DNA of 64,000 nt from Spirochaetaceae bacterium (GCA_051531975.1 JAOPTT010000002.1:185968-249967), one strand, 5' to 3'; counted from the first letter of the stretch, positions 29,671 through 40,063 are shown. Notes: generated by a model from the sequence alone, not told the origin. Translations and numbers: made by a program.

Positions 29671-32600
29671 GTGGAAAGTTACAAATTAGGAATCGATATT
29701 GGTTCAACAACAGCAAAAGTTATAATATTAGATACAGATAATAAAATAGTCTTCTCTAAATATGAACGACATAATACTGAAGTTGTAGAGACAATTTTAT
29801 TACTATTAAATCAGGCTAAAGATCAACTTGGAGAACAAAAACTAACAGTTACTATTACGGGTACTGCAGGTATGGGTATTTCTGAGAAGACTGGTATCCA
29901 CTTTGTTCAAGAAGTATTAGCATCTGCAGAAGTTGTTAAGCAGCTTCACCCAGAAGTAAGAACACTTATTGATTTAGGTGGAGAGGATGCTAAAATAATC
30001 TTTTTTAACGAAGATGGTAAACCAGATATTAGAATGAATGGTAACTGTGCAGGTGGTACAGGAGCATTTATTGACCAGATGGCATCTTTACTTAATGTAA
30101 ATGTTACTGAGTTAAACGGTATGGCTGAAAAATATGAAGAGACCTATCCTGTAGCTTCCAGATGTGGAGTTTTTGCTAAAACTGACATACAAAACCTAAT
30201 AAGTCGGGATATTAAACCTGCAGATATTGTTGCTTCAATATATAAAGCTGTAGCTTTTCAATCTATAAACTCTTTAGCTAGAGGTTGTGACATAATTCCT
30301 AAAATTATGTTTACAGGTGGACCTTTAACTTTCCAACCAGAGCTTAGAAAACAGTTTTTAAATATTTTAGACATAGATGAGAAAGAGATTGTAACTGTTG
30401 ATTATGGAGAACTATTTCCAGCTGTTGGAGCTGCACTTCATAACGAAGATGTACAAATATCATCAATAGAAAACACAATTAATTTAATTGAAAATAACAG
30501 AGATGCAAGAGTTGATCTTGGGTCTAGACTACCTACTCTTTTTGATAACAAAGAACAGTTTGACGAGTGGTTAGAAAAAAAGAACAAACATAAAGTAGAA
30601 TATACCACTTTAAAAGATATGCATCAAAAGGATGTGTTTTTAGGAATTGATTCAGGTTCTACAACTACAAAAGTTGTTTTAATTGACGAAGAAGGTCGAA
30701 TTGGAGCACAACATTATAGTAATAATAATGGTAACCCAATAAAAGCCGTATCTGATGGTCTTAAAAAAGTATTTGATGAAATTCAGAAAGCTGGTGTTAA
30801 CATTAATATAAAAAGATCTGCTGTAACAGGTTATGGAGAGGATCTTATCCACTTTGCTTTTAGATTAGATGATGGTTTAGTTGAAACTATTGCTCACTAT
30901 AGTGCGGCAGCATTTTTTGACCCTGAAGTTACATTTATTATGGATATTGGTGGTCAGGATATGAAGGCTATCTACTGTAAAGGTGGAATAATAAATAACT
31001 TAGAGTTAAACGAAGCTTGTTCCTCTGGTTGTGGGTCGTTTATTGAAACTTTTGCTAAAAACTTAAATGAAAATGTAGCAGACTTTGCAGAATCAGCTTG
31101 CCATAGTAAAGCACCATGTGACTTAGGTACTAGATGTACTGTTTTTATGAACTCTAAGGTTAAGCAATCTTTACGAGAGGGAGCAACAAAAGGTGATATT
31201 AGTGCAGGTTTAGCAATTTCTGTTGTTAAAAACTGTTTTAATAAAGTACTTAAGATGACTGATTATTCAGTTTTAGGTGACCATATAGTTGTACAGGGTG
31301 GTACTTTTAAAAACCCTGCTGTATTAAGAGCCCTAGAACTTCACCTAGATAGAGAGGTTGTAAGACCAGACATATCTGAACTTATGGGAGCATATGGTTC
31401 AGCATTAGTTGCTAAGAAAAAATATTACGAAGAGAAATCAGAATCAACTTTTATCGGATTTGAGAACTTAGAGAGAGCTTCTGAATATACTAGAAAAGCA
31501 TCTATTTGTAAGGGTTGTGAAAATGTATGTACAGTAACAACCTTAAAATATGAAGGTAGTAAACCATTTTTTACTGGTAATAAGTGTGAAATGGTATTTT
31601 CTAACCGATTAAAAGGTACTCATAAAGGTGAAAGTCTTCATGAAATTAAAAAACAACTACTGTTTGATAGAAAATTAGAACCAGAGGGAACTCCACTACT
31701 TAATATTGGTATTCCTCGAGTTTTAAATATGTGGGAGGATTTTCCATTCTGGGCAACACTATTTGTTGAATCTGGAATTAAAGTAACTCTATCTCCTCCA
31801 TCTACTATGCCAATAGCTGAAAAAGGTTATGGTACAGTAATGTCTGAGAACATCTGTTTCCCTGCAAAAATAGCTAATGGGCATGTTATGGATTTAATTG
31901 AGAAGAAGGTTGATAGAATATTCTACCCAATGGTTAGATATAATAGAACTGAGAACGATACGGCAATAAATGACTATAACTGTCCTGTTGTTACAGGTTA
32001 TCCTGAAGTTATTCAGTCATCTATTAAACCAGAAGAGAAATATGGAATACCATTTGATAACATGCCATTCTCTTTTAATTCACCTGATGTAATTGAAAAT
32101 ACAACATGGAATTATTTAAGCCAATTTGGTGTAAAAAAAGATGTCTTTGATAAAGCATTAAGAAAAGCGGAAGCTGCCCATTATGTATATAAGCAGAGAG
32201 TTGTAGAAGAAGGTCAACGAATTGTTGATGCTGCTCAGAAAGACAACCGACTTGTAATAATGTTATTAGGTAGACCATACCATGTAGATTCACTTGTGAA
32301 CCACAAAGCACCTGAGATGATTTCAGCAATTGGTGTAGATGTAATAACAGAGGATTGTATTCCAGTAGATGATAGAACGGATATGAATAAAAGTGTTCAT
32401 GTTTTATCCCAGTGGACACTTCCAAATAGACTCTACGATTCAGCAATTTGGGCTGGAGAGAGAGATAACGTAGAAGTTGTTCAGTTAAACTCCTTTGGTT
32501 GTGGACCTGATGCAATTGTTGTAGACGAAGTTAAGCCAATTTTAAATGTATTTGGTAAAAACCCTACAGTATTAAGAATTGATGAGATAAGTTCCCCTGG

Positions 32601-33948
32601 TTCTGTAAAACTTAGAATTAGATCTTTAATAGAATCTATGAAAATGCGTGGTGAGAACTATATTAAAGAACTAAAACCTAGAGTAGTTTTACCAACTTTT
32701 GAAAATGAAGATATTAAGGGTCGAACTATTTTAGCACCTCTATTTTCAAACTTTTATACTAGATATTTAACTGCAGCATTTGAATTAGATGGATTTAAAT
32801 TTGAAGTTCTACCTGAACCAGATAGAGAGAGCATCGAAACTGGATTAAAGTATACAAATAACGATATTTGTTATCCTGCAACAATTGTTATAGGGGACTT
32901 AATTAAAGCATTACAATCTGGTAAATATAAAAGCAGTGAAGTTGCTGTTGGTCTATCAACAACTGGTGGACAGTGTAGAGCATCTAGTTATGCATCACTA
33001 TTAAAAAGAGGTTTAGTTAATGCCGGTTACGACGATGTTCCAGTAGTTGCTGTTTCAACATCTAATAGTAAGCCACTTAATATTCAACCTGGTTTTCAAG
33101 TAAGTCCTGTTAAGTTCCAATATAGTGCATTTTTTGGTTCACTATTTGGAGACTGTCTTGCAAAACTATATTATAGAACTGCAGTAAGAGAGAAAAACAA
33201 AGGTGAAGCGCAAAAGCTTGTAAATAAATATATTGACTTATCATTCCCATTAGTAAAAATTGGTAGACATGGTAAATTATTTAAACTACTAGAAGAGTGT
33301 GTTCATGAGTTTAACCAGATAGAAGTTGATCCAACAGAACTACCTAAAGTTGGTATTGTTGGTGAAATCTACGTTAAGTTTAACGACTTTTCTAATGGTT
33401 ATATAAATAACTGGTTAATGAGTAAAGGAATAGAAGTAGAGGTTACTCCACTTATTACTTTCTTCTTAAAATCTTTTGTGGCAAAACCATTTAACAGTGA
33501 ATATAATATTTTACCTAAGAGTAAGTTATACTTAAAAGCTTTAAAGGCTGCTGAAAACATATGTTACGGCTTCATTAATAGAGCAAATAATATAATATCA
33601 AATTATCACCTAGGTATGGGTCCAATACACAATGTTCAAGATGTTGGAGCTACAGCAGAAAAAGTATTAAGTATTAACCATCAGTATGGTGAGGCTTGGT
33701 TAGTTGCTGGAGAGATTGGTACATATGTTCAGGATGGTATTAATGATGTTGTTTGTCTTCAACCATTTGGTTGTATTGCAAACCATATTGTAGCTAAAGG
33801 TGTTGAGAAAAAACTTAAAGAAGTTCACCCTCACCTTAACTTACTTTTCTTAGATATGGATGCTGGTACTTCGGAAGTAAATACTGCTAATAGATTGGAG
33901 TTCCTTATTAAGGGTGCTAAAGAATCTATGGCTGCTAAACAAGTATAG
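29671..33948 (+). CDS. CoA-substrate-specific enzyme activase fusion (2x BadF/BcrAD ATPase, DUF2229, 2-hydroxyacyl-CoA dehydratase-like)
   Basis: GIDIGSTTAK and GIDSGSTTTK, CAGGTG and CSSGCG, CKGCENVC, NICFPAK, NSFGCGPD, QPFGCIANH. Confidence 0.9.
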   Translation: MESYKLGIDIGSTTAKVIILDTDNKIVFSKYERHNTEVVETILLLLNQAKDQLGEQKLTVTITGTAGMGISEKTGIHFVQEVLASAEVVKQLHPEVRTLIDLGGEDAKIIFFNEDGKPDIRMNGNCAGGTGAFIDQMASLLNVNVTELNGMAEKYEETYPVASRCGVFAKTDIQNLISRDIKPADIVASIYKAVAFQSINSLARGCDIIPKIMFTGGPLTFQPELRKQFLNILDIDEKEIVTVDYGELFPAVGAALHNEDVQISSIENTINLIENNRDARVDLGSRLPTLFDNKEQFDEWLEKKNKHKVEYTTLKDMHQKDVFLGIDSGSTTTKVVLIDEEGRIGAQHYSNNNGNPIKAVSDGLKKVFDEIQKAGVNINIKRSAVTGYGEDLIHFAFRLDDGLVETIAHYSAAAFFDPEVTFIMDIGGQDMKAIYCKGGIINNLELNEACSSGCGSFIETFAKNLNENVADFAESACHSKAPCDLGTRCTVFMNSKVKQSLREGATKGDISAGLAISVVKNCFNKVLKMTDYSVLGDHIVVQGGTFKNPAVLRALELHLDREVVRPDISELMGAYGSALVAKKKYYEEKSESTFIGFENLERASEYTRKASICKGCENVCTVTTLKYEGSKPFFTGNKCEMVFSNRLKGTHKGESLHEIKKQLLFDRKLEPEGTPLLNIGIPRVLNMWEDFPFWATLFVESGIKVTLSPPSTMPIAEKGYGTVMSENICFPAKIANGHVMDLIEKKVDRIFYPMVRYNRTENDTAINDYNCPVVTGYPEVIQSSIKPEEKYGIPFDNMPFSFNSPDVIENTTWNYLSQFGVKKDVFDKALRKAEAAHYVYKQRVVEEGQRIVDAAQKDNRLVIMLLGRPYHVDSLVNHKAPEMISAIGVDVITEDCIPVDDRTDMNKSVHVLSQWTLPNRLYDSAIWAGERDNVEVVQLNSFGCGPDAIVVDEVKPILNVFGKNPTVLRIDEISSPGSVKLRIRSLIESMKMRGENYIKELKPRVVLPTFENEDIKGRTILAPLFSNFYTRYLTAAFELDGFKFEVLPEPDRESIETGLKYTNNDICYPATIVIGDLIKALQSGKYKSSEVAVGLSTTGGQCRASSYASLLKRGLVNAGYDDVPVVAVSTSNSKPLNIQPGFQVSPVKFQYSAFFGSLFGDCLAKLYYRTAVREKNKGEAQKLVNKYIDLSFPLVKIGRHGKLFKLLEECVHEFNQIEVDPTELPKVGIVGEIYVKFNDFSNGYINNWLMSKGIEVEVTPLITFFLKSFVAKPFNSEYNILPKSKLYLKALKAAENICYGFINRANNIISNYHLGMGPIHNVQDVGATAEKVLSINHQYGEAWLVAGEIGTYVQDGINDVVCLQPFGCIANHIVAKGVEKKLKEVHPHLNLLFLDMDAGTSEVNTANRLEFLIKGAKESMAAKQV

Positions 33949-33966
33949 AGTATATAAATTACTTAC

Positions 33967-33994
33967 AAACCCCCACGAAAGTGTGGGTTTTTTT
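33967..33994 (+). terminator. Intrinsic terminator after activase gene
   Basis: AAACCCCCAC-GAAA-GTGTGGGTTT plus T-run. Confidence 0.75.
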
Positions 33995-34001
33995 ATCTAC
34001 T

Positions 34002-34035
34002 AAAAAAAAGCCACAGGGTTAATTCCTGTGGCTTT
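34002..34035 (-). terminator. Intrinsic terminator after lipoprotein gene
   Basis: A8-GCCACAGG-GTTAATT-CCTGTGGC-TTT. Confidence 0.8.
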
Positions 34036-34066
34036 AAGAGTTCTAGAGAGTTATACTCCCCTTTTT

Positions 34067-34444
34067 CTAGTATTTGACAACTGTACCACTAATCTTAACT
34101 ATTGAAGGTGCATAAATTCCACCTGTAAGACTATTAAGGAACATGTTGACAAGGTTTGCACCATATTCAATTTCAATATTAACTGCTGCATCCCCTCCAT
34201 ACTTTCCTATCTCTCTTTGAATGGCATCATAAACTGGATCAATAGAGTTATTTCTTCCCATATTAAATAATGTAACTCCTCCAGCAGCACCCAAAAACTT
34301 AGTAATAGTAACTCTTGTTTTAAATTCACCTATTACTTCGAATGTAGGCATCTCATCAGTCATTTGTAATCCACCAAACTTTGCTGTAGTACAACCTGTA
34401 AATAGTAATAAACCAACTATTATCAATAATAACTTTTTCATCAT
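34067..34444 (-). CDS. Small lipoprotein, unknown function
   Basis: Lipobox LFTGC; GGDAAVNIEIEY segment suggests a YbjQ/heavy-metal-binding-like fold. Confidence 0.75.
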   Translation of the reverse strand: MMKKLLLIIVGLLLFTGCTTAKFGGLQMTDEMPTFEVIGEFKTRVTITKFLGAAGGVTLFNMGRNNSIDPVYDAIQREIGKYGGDAAVNIEIEYGANLVNMFLNSLTGGIYAPSIVKISGTVVKY

Positions 34445-34630
34445 GGCTCCTTTTTATATATACTTAATTATAATTGTTTTATAAGTGATTTACAAAGAAT
34501 AAATAAAATAAATTAAGGTTTTATTAATATAGCCCCTCTATTTTATATTTCATGAATACTTATTAACAAATCAGATAATATATACCAATAAATAATTACT
34601 TTTAACATCAATATTGCTTATACTATATAT

Positions 34631-35725
34631 ATGGATAGATTATTAAAACTCTTAGGCTATACAAATGATATAGAAGTAAATACTAAATTTGCTTATATAA
34701 TTAACAGTGTCAGTATTGGAATGGTTACTCTGTTTTTTGTATTCTATATTATGTTTGCCAATTCTATAATATTAAATATTGCTACAACAGTATGTTTAAT
34801 GATCTTTATATATGTCTATGTTTTATTAAAAAAGAAACGTTTATTAACTGCAAAACTGCTATTAATGATTGGGTTTTTCTTTCAGGAGTTTTCTATTGTC
34901 TTTTTATGGTTCCCAAATGAAACAAATTTCAATTATTTCTTCTTTATAATTGCTCCTATAACATTTTTTATTTATAACATAGATATTAAAATCGAAAAGA
35001 TATTTCTTTTTACATTTAATATATTAGCAATAGTTTTACTTTTTCTAAGTGAACTTGTGGTAAATGTTAATCCTCTTATAATAATTGATGAAAGTATAAT
35101 TACTCTTTTTAGTAGCATGTCAGTTTTATCCACAATTTCATCTATTACTATCGTTTATTTCTTTTATGGACGTACTCTTACAACAATACATAAAGAGTTA
35201 AAATTATTAGCAAATACAGATGCTCTTACAAGTATCTTAAATAGAAGAGCACTGTTTAGAGCAGGTGAAGAACTTTTTGAAGCTTGTAAAAAAAGGGATC
35301 TACAATTTACTCTAATATTAATAGATATAGATTTTTTTAAGGATGTAAATGATTCATATGGTCACCCTGTTGGTGATGAGATACTAGTACAATTAACAGA
35401 ACTAATAACCACACATATAAGACGTAATGATATTTTTTCCAGGTATGGAGGAGAAGAGTTTGCAATAATTCTAAAAAATACAGAAGAATCAGATAATGAG
35501 AAAACAGCAACTATGTTAGGGGAATTTGTTAGAGATCATGATTTTATCGTATCGGATGGAACAGTTATTAAATTAACTATAAGCCTTGGTGTTGTCACCT
35601 CTTCTTCTAAATATTCAGATTTTTCTAGTCTTGTAAAACTAGCTGATAAAGCTCTATACGAAGCTAAAGAGCGTGGACGAAACAGAGCAATAAAATACAG
35701 TGACGAATTGTTAGAAAACTGCTAA
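34631..35725 (+). CDS. Membrane-bound diguanylate cyclase
   Basis: ~6 TM; TDALT, DIDFFKDVNDSYGH, I-site RRND, RYGGEEF. Confidence 0.93.
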   Translation: MDRLLKLLGYTNDIEVNTKFAYIINSVSIGMVTLFFVFYIMFANSIILNIATTVCLMIFIYVYVLLKKKRLLTAKLLLMIGFFFQEFSIVFLWFPNETNFNYFFFIIAPITFFIYNIDIKIEKIFLFTFNILAIVLLFLSELVVNVNPLIIIDESIITLFSSMSVLSTISSITIVYFFYGRTLTTIHKELKLLANTDALTSILNRRALFRAGEELFEACKKRDLQFTLILIDIDFFKDVNDSYGHPVGDEILVQLTELITTHIRRNDIFSRYGGEEFAIILKNTEESDNEKTATMLGEFVRDHDFIVSDGTVIKLTISLGVVTSSSKYSDFSSLVKLADKALYEAKERGRNRAIKYSDELLENC

Positions 35726-35746
35726 ATAATATAGGTGATATAGAAC

Positions 35747-35773
35747 AAGTCACAGAGTAATACCCTGTGACTT
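35747..35773. terminator. Hairpin between convergent genes
   Basis: AAGTCACAG-AGTAATACC-CTGTGACTT. Confidence 0.6.
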
Positions 35774-35784
35774 AGTAATTAATT

Positions 35785-36180
35785 TTATTTAACCTTTAAA
35801 GTTGTACCCCAAAGACCTGCTAATATAATAACTTGTAAAGATAAATCTCTTAGCCAAGGTAATAGATCTGGTTCTAAAAAGTTATTCATGAAATAGTTCA
35901 TAACTATATAAACAATCCATAAAATAAAAATTACTAAAAATACAACTGGTTTTTTAAAGGAAAGTAAAACACCAGCTAATAAAGCTAAACCTGAAACTAA
36001 GAAACAAATAGATATAATTAGTGGTAGATAATTATTACTTCTTCCAAGGAAGTTATTAACGTCCTTAATTAATTGGTTTGTTCCTGAGTTATACCCCATA
36101 AGACCTAATAGACCACTTAGTGTGAAATATAATCCTATTGCAATTTGAATTAAGAAAGAACTTGATAGATTTTTTTTCAT
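35785..36180 (-). CDS. Small integral membrane protein (~4 TM), unknown function
   Basis: Hydrophobic 131-aa ORF with AGGAG SD. Confidence 0.75.
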   Translation of the reverse strand: MKKNLSSSFLIQIAIGLYFTLSGLLGLMGYNSGTNQLIKDVNNFLGRSNNYLPLIISICFLVSGLALLAGVLLSFKKPVVFLVIFILWIVYIVMNYFMNNFLEPDLLPWLRDLSLQVIILAGLWGTTLKVK

Positions 36181-36335
36181 TTATAATCTCCTATACTTAA
36201 TCATACATATAAAACGAATTAAATGAAAATAAAAAAGATAAAGATTAAATAAATTATCTTTAGTTTGCTTCTACAGTACTTATAACTAAATATTTGTAAA
36301 TTTTGTAAATATTATACAAGACCAAATTAAGACCT

Positions 36336-36355
36336 TATAACCCAGTAGGGTTATA
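36336..36355. promoter_or_regulatory. Perfect inverted repeat upstream of sigma-like gene (candidate operator)
   Basis: TATAACCC-AGTA-GGGTTATA. Confidence 0.55.
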
Positions 36356-36409
36356 TACAAGAACTTAATACACCCAAATTATATGTGTATACAGAGCGTA
36401 GGGGTTTTA

Positions 36410-37252
36410 ATGAATTTAAATGAATGTTTAAAAAAGTATTTAGATAAAAAAAGTAGTATTAAATGTTTTAAAGAAGAGATTTTAAATTATGTGTATAAAC
36501 AAGTTAGTAAAGATAAATACATAGAAGCTGGCGACTTTATTTTAGAGTTCATGCCAAAATTAGACTCCATTATAGACAGTTATAATAATACATTATCTGG
36601 CTTTAATCACTTTATAAATAAGCATATAAAGTGGTTAATGTATAGTTTTAGTAAAGAGTATGTAACCAAGAAAGAGAAATACGATGCTTACCAGTCCCAC
36701 TATCTTGCAGAGTGTAAGAGTACTTATTGTTTAGATACACATATTAACACCTGTAGTATTACTGATAAAGCACTAAAAGTATTAGGTATAAAAGATGGTC
36801 TAATAGTGAAAGCTTCTTCTAAAAAACGTCTAGAAATATTCACATTAAAAAACTCTAGAAGTTTAACTTCAGACCAAATAAATATTCTAGCTCCACTTTT
36901 TGACAAGACACCTGAGTGGTTATATAAAACAAAAGAGTTATTAGACGATCTTTGTCAATCTAGAATTGAGAACAGGGAGTACCAAACTCTACGATACAAT
37001 AGACTTTTTATAGAGATAACAAGAGCACAAAAAAAGCTAACAATTATGGATGATGGCATTGAAAAGGATATCCTGTTTGCCAAGATGTTAGAAAAACAAG
37101 AGATTAAAAAAAGATTATACGAAAACATGTCAAAAAGGAACTGTGGTCCAAAAAACGAAGAGATAGCCAAAATCCTAGGTATCCCCAAAGGAACAGTAGA
37201 CTCCTCCCTATTCTACATGAAAAAGGCTTTAAGTGAGTTACTTGATGATTGA
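36410..37252 (+). CDS. Sigma-70 region-4-like HTH protein (atypical sigma-like factor)
   Basis: C-terminal NEEIAKILGIPKGTVDSSLFYMKKAL; start placed at ATG 36410 behind AGGGG SD. Confidence 0.65.
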   Translation: MNLNECLKKYLDKKSSIKCFKEEILNYVYKQVSKDKYIEAGDFILEFMPKLDSIIDSYNNTLSGFNHFINKHIKWLMYSFSKEYVTKKEKYDAYQSHYLAECKSTYCLDTHINTCSITDKALKVLGIKDGLIVKASSKKRLEIFTLKNSRSLTSDQINILAPLFDKTPEWLYKTKELLDDLCQSRIENREYQTLRYNRLFIEITRAQKKLTIMDDGIEKDILFAKMLEKQEIKKRLYENMSKRNCGPKNEEIAKILGIPKGTVDSSLFYMKKALSELLDD

Positions 37253-37309
37253 AAATAAAGGTAAAATAAATAATGATGATGAAGATTAGAATCCACAGGA
37301 GTTTTAATA

Positions 37310-37555
37310 ATGCATATACCAATAATAACAAAAGTAATTCCAAAAAAGAATCTAATTTTAACAGTTGAGTTCTCTAATGGAATAACAAAAGAATATGACT
37401 GCAACAATATCATTATTAGAAATGAAAGCCATAACAGATTACGGGATCAAAATTACTTTAAAACTGTTAAAATAGACAAAGGTGGTCATGGATTGAGTTG
37501 GGATGATAATATTGATTTAAGTGAATACGAAATTCTTAATAACTCTATAAATTAA
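37310..37555 (+). CDS. DUF2442 family protein (putative antitoxin)
   Basis: KVIPKKNLILTVEFSNGITKEYD..FKTVKID.GG.GLSWDDNIDL. Confidence 0.8.
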   Translation: MHIPIITKVIPKKNLILTVEFSNGITKEYDCNNIIIRNESHNRLRDQNYFKTVKIDKGGHGLSWDDNIDLSEYEILNNSIN

Positions 37556-37632
37556 CGATAAATACTTAGACGAACCAACCCTTCGTGTAAGTAACATAGA
37601 ATCTCCTTAACAGTATATTTAGGAGATTTAAA

Positions 37633-38660
37633 TTGAAGGACCACAAAGATTATCCACGACTTAGATACATGGGTAGTAAATATATATTATTAGACTGGAT
37701 TAAAGAAGAATTAAGCAATATACCCTTTGATACAGTATTAGATGGCTTCTCAGGCTCTGGAGCAGTTTCGTACATGTTTAAAACACTAAACAAACAGGTA
37801 TATTCAAATGACTTCTTAAACCTGTCTTATACGATAGCTAAGGCTACAATTGAAAACTCAAATAAAAAGATAACAAAGAACGATTTAAAAATACTTCTAG
37901 AAGAGAACACACCCTACCCTCAATTCATAGAAGAAACTTTTAAAGATATTTTTTACACAGTTGAAGAATTAAAGTTTTTAGATCAGATATCATTTAATAT
38001 GACAAAACTAAAAGGACAACATAAACAAGCTTTAGCAATGTCTGCCCTACTTAGATCATGTAGTAAAAAACAACCAAGGGGAGTATTTACAATTTCTGGG
38101 AACCTAGACCATTACAACGATGGTCGTAGAGATTTAAGACTTACTATAAAAGAGCACTTTTTAGAGCAAATAGAAATATATAACACAACAGTTTTTGACA
38201 ATGGTAAAAAAACAAATCATTTAATGGAGATATTTATAGCTTCGATGAAAAGCAATATAAACCAGATCTAGTATATCTTGATCCACCCTACGTACCAAAG
38301 TCAGACGATAACTGTTATGTAAAAAGATATCACTTCCTAGAAGGTCTATCTAAATACTGGAAGGATGAAGAGATCAACTACAAAACAAAGACAAATAAAA
38401 TCAACAAGAAATCCACACCTTTCTCATACAGAAAAACAGCCATAGTAGCTTTCGACAACATGTTCAAAAAGTTCCAAGAGAGTAAAATAGTTCTATCCTA
38501 CTCCTCAAATGGATACCCTGATCTAGGAACATTAACAGGACTACTTAAAAAGTATAAACAAGAGGTAGTAGTAAAAAAGAAAGAACATACTTATCACTTT
38601 GGAAACCATAAAACAGCAACACGATCGAAGGTTGATGAGTATTTGATTATAGGGTTATAA
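37633..38660 (+). pseudogene. Adenine-specific DNA methyltransferase (D12/alpha class) split by one -1 frameshift
   Basis: RYMGSK, DGFSGSG in first frame; after A7 run (38206-38212) the -1 frame gives DLVYLDPPY and is open through ORF 38460..38660. Confidence 0.88.
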
Positions 38661-38690
38661 AATTTCAACATCAAATATAAGAGAATATAA

Positions 38691-39923
38691 CTATATTGAA
38701 TGAACTTGATTCAAAAACTCTACAATTGATAATCCAATTTCTTTAGCAAAATTAACAGGAACAGCATTACCAATTTGTTTGTATTGCTGTGAAGCTGAAC
38801 CTTCAAATATCCAGTTATCTGGAAATGTTTGAATCCTAGCATATTCTTTTACTTGAAAAGGTCTTGTAATATCTGGATGGCACCTTTCTGTTTGTTTCTG
38901 AGCTGGAGCACAAGTTAGAGTTAAACATGGTTCATCCCAGCTAATTCTTCTAGCCATACCTGTCTTACCACCGCCTAAATAATAACTTTTAAGCATATAT
39001 TCTTTTTGTATAGATTCTGGTAAATCTCTCCAGTAACCTCCAGGTGGAACCATATCTATAATCTCTTTCTTCCTTGGTGGATATGTCTGTCCAGGAGATT
39101 CTTCAACATCTGTGTCAAAAAGATCTCCCTTTTTAAGGGCATCTTTTAAATTATAGATTTTACTATATGGCTTTGGATAATTAAAATCTACTTTTATATC
39201 TTTTCGAATTGCTACTAATATTAATCTTTCTCTTTTTTGTGGAACTCTATAATGGATAGCTTTTAAAACTCTAGGTTCTAAAACTCTATAACCAAGCTCC
39301 TCTAAAACGTCGATCATACCTTGAAGTGTTTTTCCACCTTCATGGTTTAAAAGACCTCTTACGTTTTCTCCAATACATATTTTAGGTTGGATTTCTTTTA
39401 CAGCTCTTGCAAATTCAAAAAAAAGAGTTCCTCTAGCATCTTTGAATCCAAGTTTTTTGCCTGCAAAACTAAAAGCCTGACAAGGAAAACCACCTGTAAC
39501 AATATCAGCTTTGCCTTTATAATCTGAAAAATCAACTTTTCTAACATCACCTTCTATAACATTCCAATCTGGTCTGTTTTTTCTAAGAGTCTGACATGCC
39601 CACTTATCGACTTCATTAAGAACTGAGTGATGTATTCCAGCTTTTTCTAAACCTAAGGCTAACCCACCACCTCCAGCAAATAATTCCACCGATTTATAAG
39701 TTGATAAAGGTTTTATAGAGCGTTCTACTTTCTCTTCTGGATAATAAAGATTTAAAGTTTCGCAAAGTTCTAGATGTTCTTCGGTATAGTATCTATAATC
39801 ACTAATAGCATGTCTGTTAGCCTTAAGTTTTCCACTATTATCCCAGCGTCTTAAAGTCTCTTTTGATACATCTAGAAATTTTGAAAACTCATCTAAACTA
39901 TATTTCCGACTCTCAACTGACAT
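38691..39923 (-). CDS. DNA (cytosine-5)-methyltransferase with N-terminal MerR-like HTH, Eco47II/Sau96I-like
   Basis: LDVSKETLRRWD..G.L; ELFAGGGG, GGFPCQ, ENVRGL, QKRER, YKQIGNAVP; TRD GGYWRDLP..GGGKTGMARRISWDEP. Confidence 0.93.
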   Translation of the reverse strand: MSVESRKYSLDEFSKFLDVSKETLRRWDNSGKLKANRHAISDYRYYTEEHLELCETLNLYYPEEKVERSIKPLSTYKSVELFAGGGGLALGLEKAGIHHSVLNEVDKWACQTLRKNRPDWNVIEGDVRKVDFSDYKGKADIVTGGFPCQAFSFAGKKLGFKDARGTLFFEFARAVKEIQPKICIGENVRGLLNHEGGKTLQGMIDVLEELGYRVLEPRVLKAIHYRVPQKRERLILVAIRKDIKVDFNYPKPYSKIYNLKDALKKGDLFDTDVEESPGQTYPPRKKEIIDMVPPGGYWRDLPESIQKEYMLKSYYLGGGKTGMARRISWDEPCLTLTCAPAQKQTERCHPDITRPFQVKEYARIQTFPDNWIFEGSASQQYKQIGNAVPVNFAKEIGLSIVEFLNQVHSI

Positions 39924-39941
39924 TAAATAACCACCTTACAC

Positions 39942-39986
39942 AACCTTATATATGGTTACTTTAATACATGTAAATTCTATTGTCAA
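39942..39986 (-). promoter_or_regulatory. Putative MTase promoter with overlapping near-palindrome
   Basis: TTGACA-N17-TAAAGT on minus strand followed at once by AACCATATATAAGGTT (39942..39957). Confidence 0.55.
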
Positions 39987-40063
39987 TCAATATTAATACT
40001 AAACGTACGTGTAGCATAATATTTTTTAATGTACAGCCTATCTTATGTATGATAAAAATACAT

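Noticed and set aside
16931..35135. DnaA boxes (TTATCCACA) suggesting an origin
   Set aside because: Only isolated matches inside ftsH (~16931) and the GGDEF gene (~35126); no intergenic cluster
38200..38220. Programmed -1 ribosomal frameshift in the m6A MTase
   Set aside because: Zero-frame codons GGT AAA AAA ACA do not form a properly phased X XXY YYZ site and no clear downstream stimulator was seen
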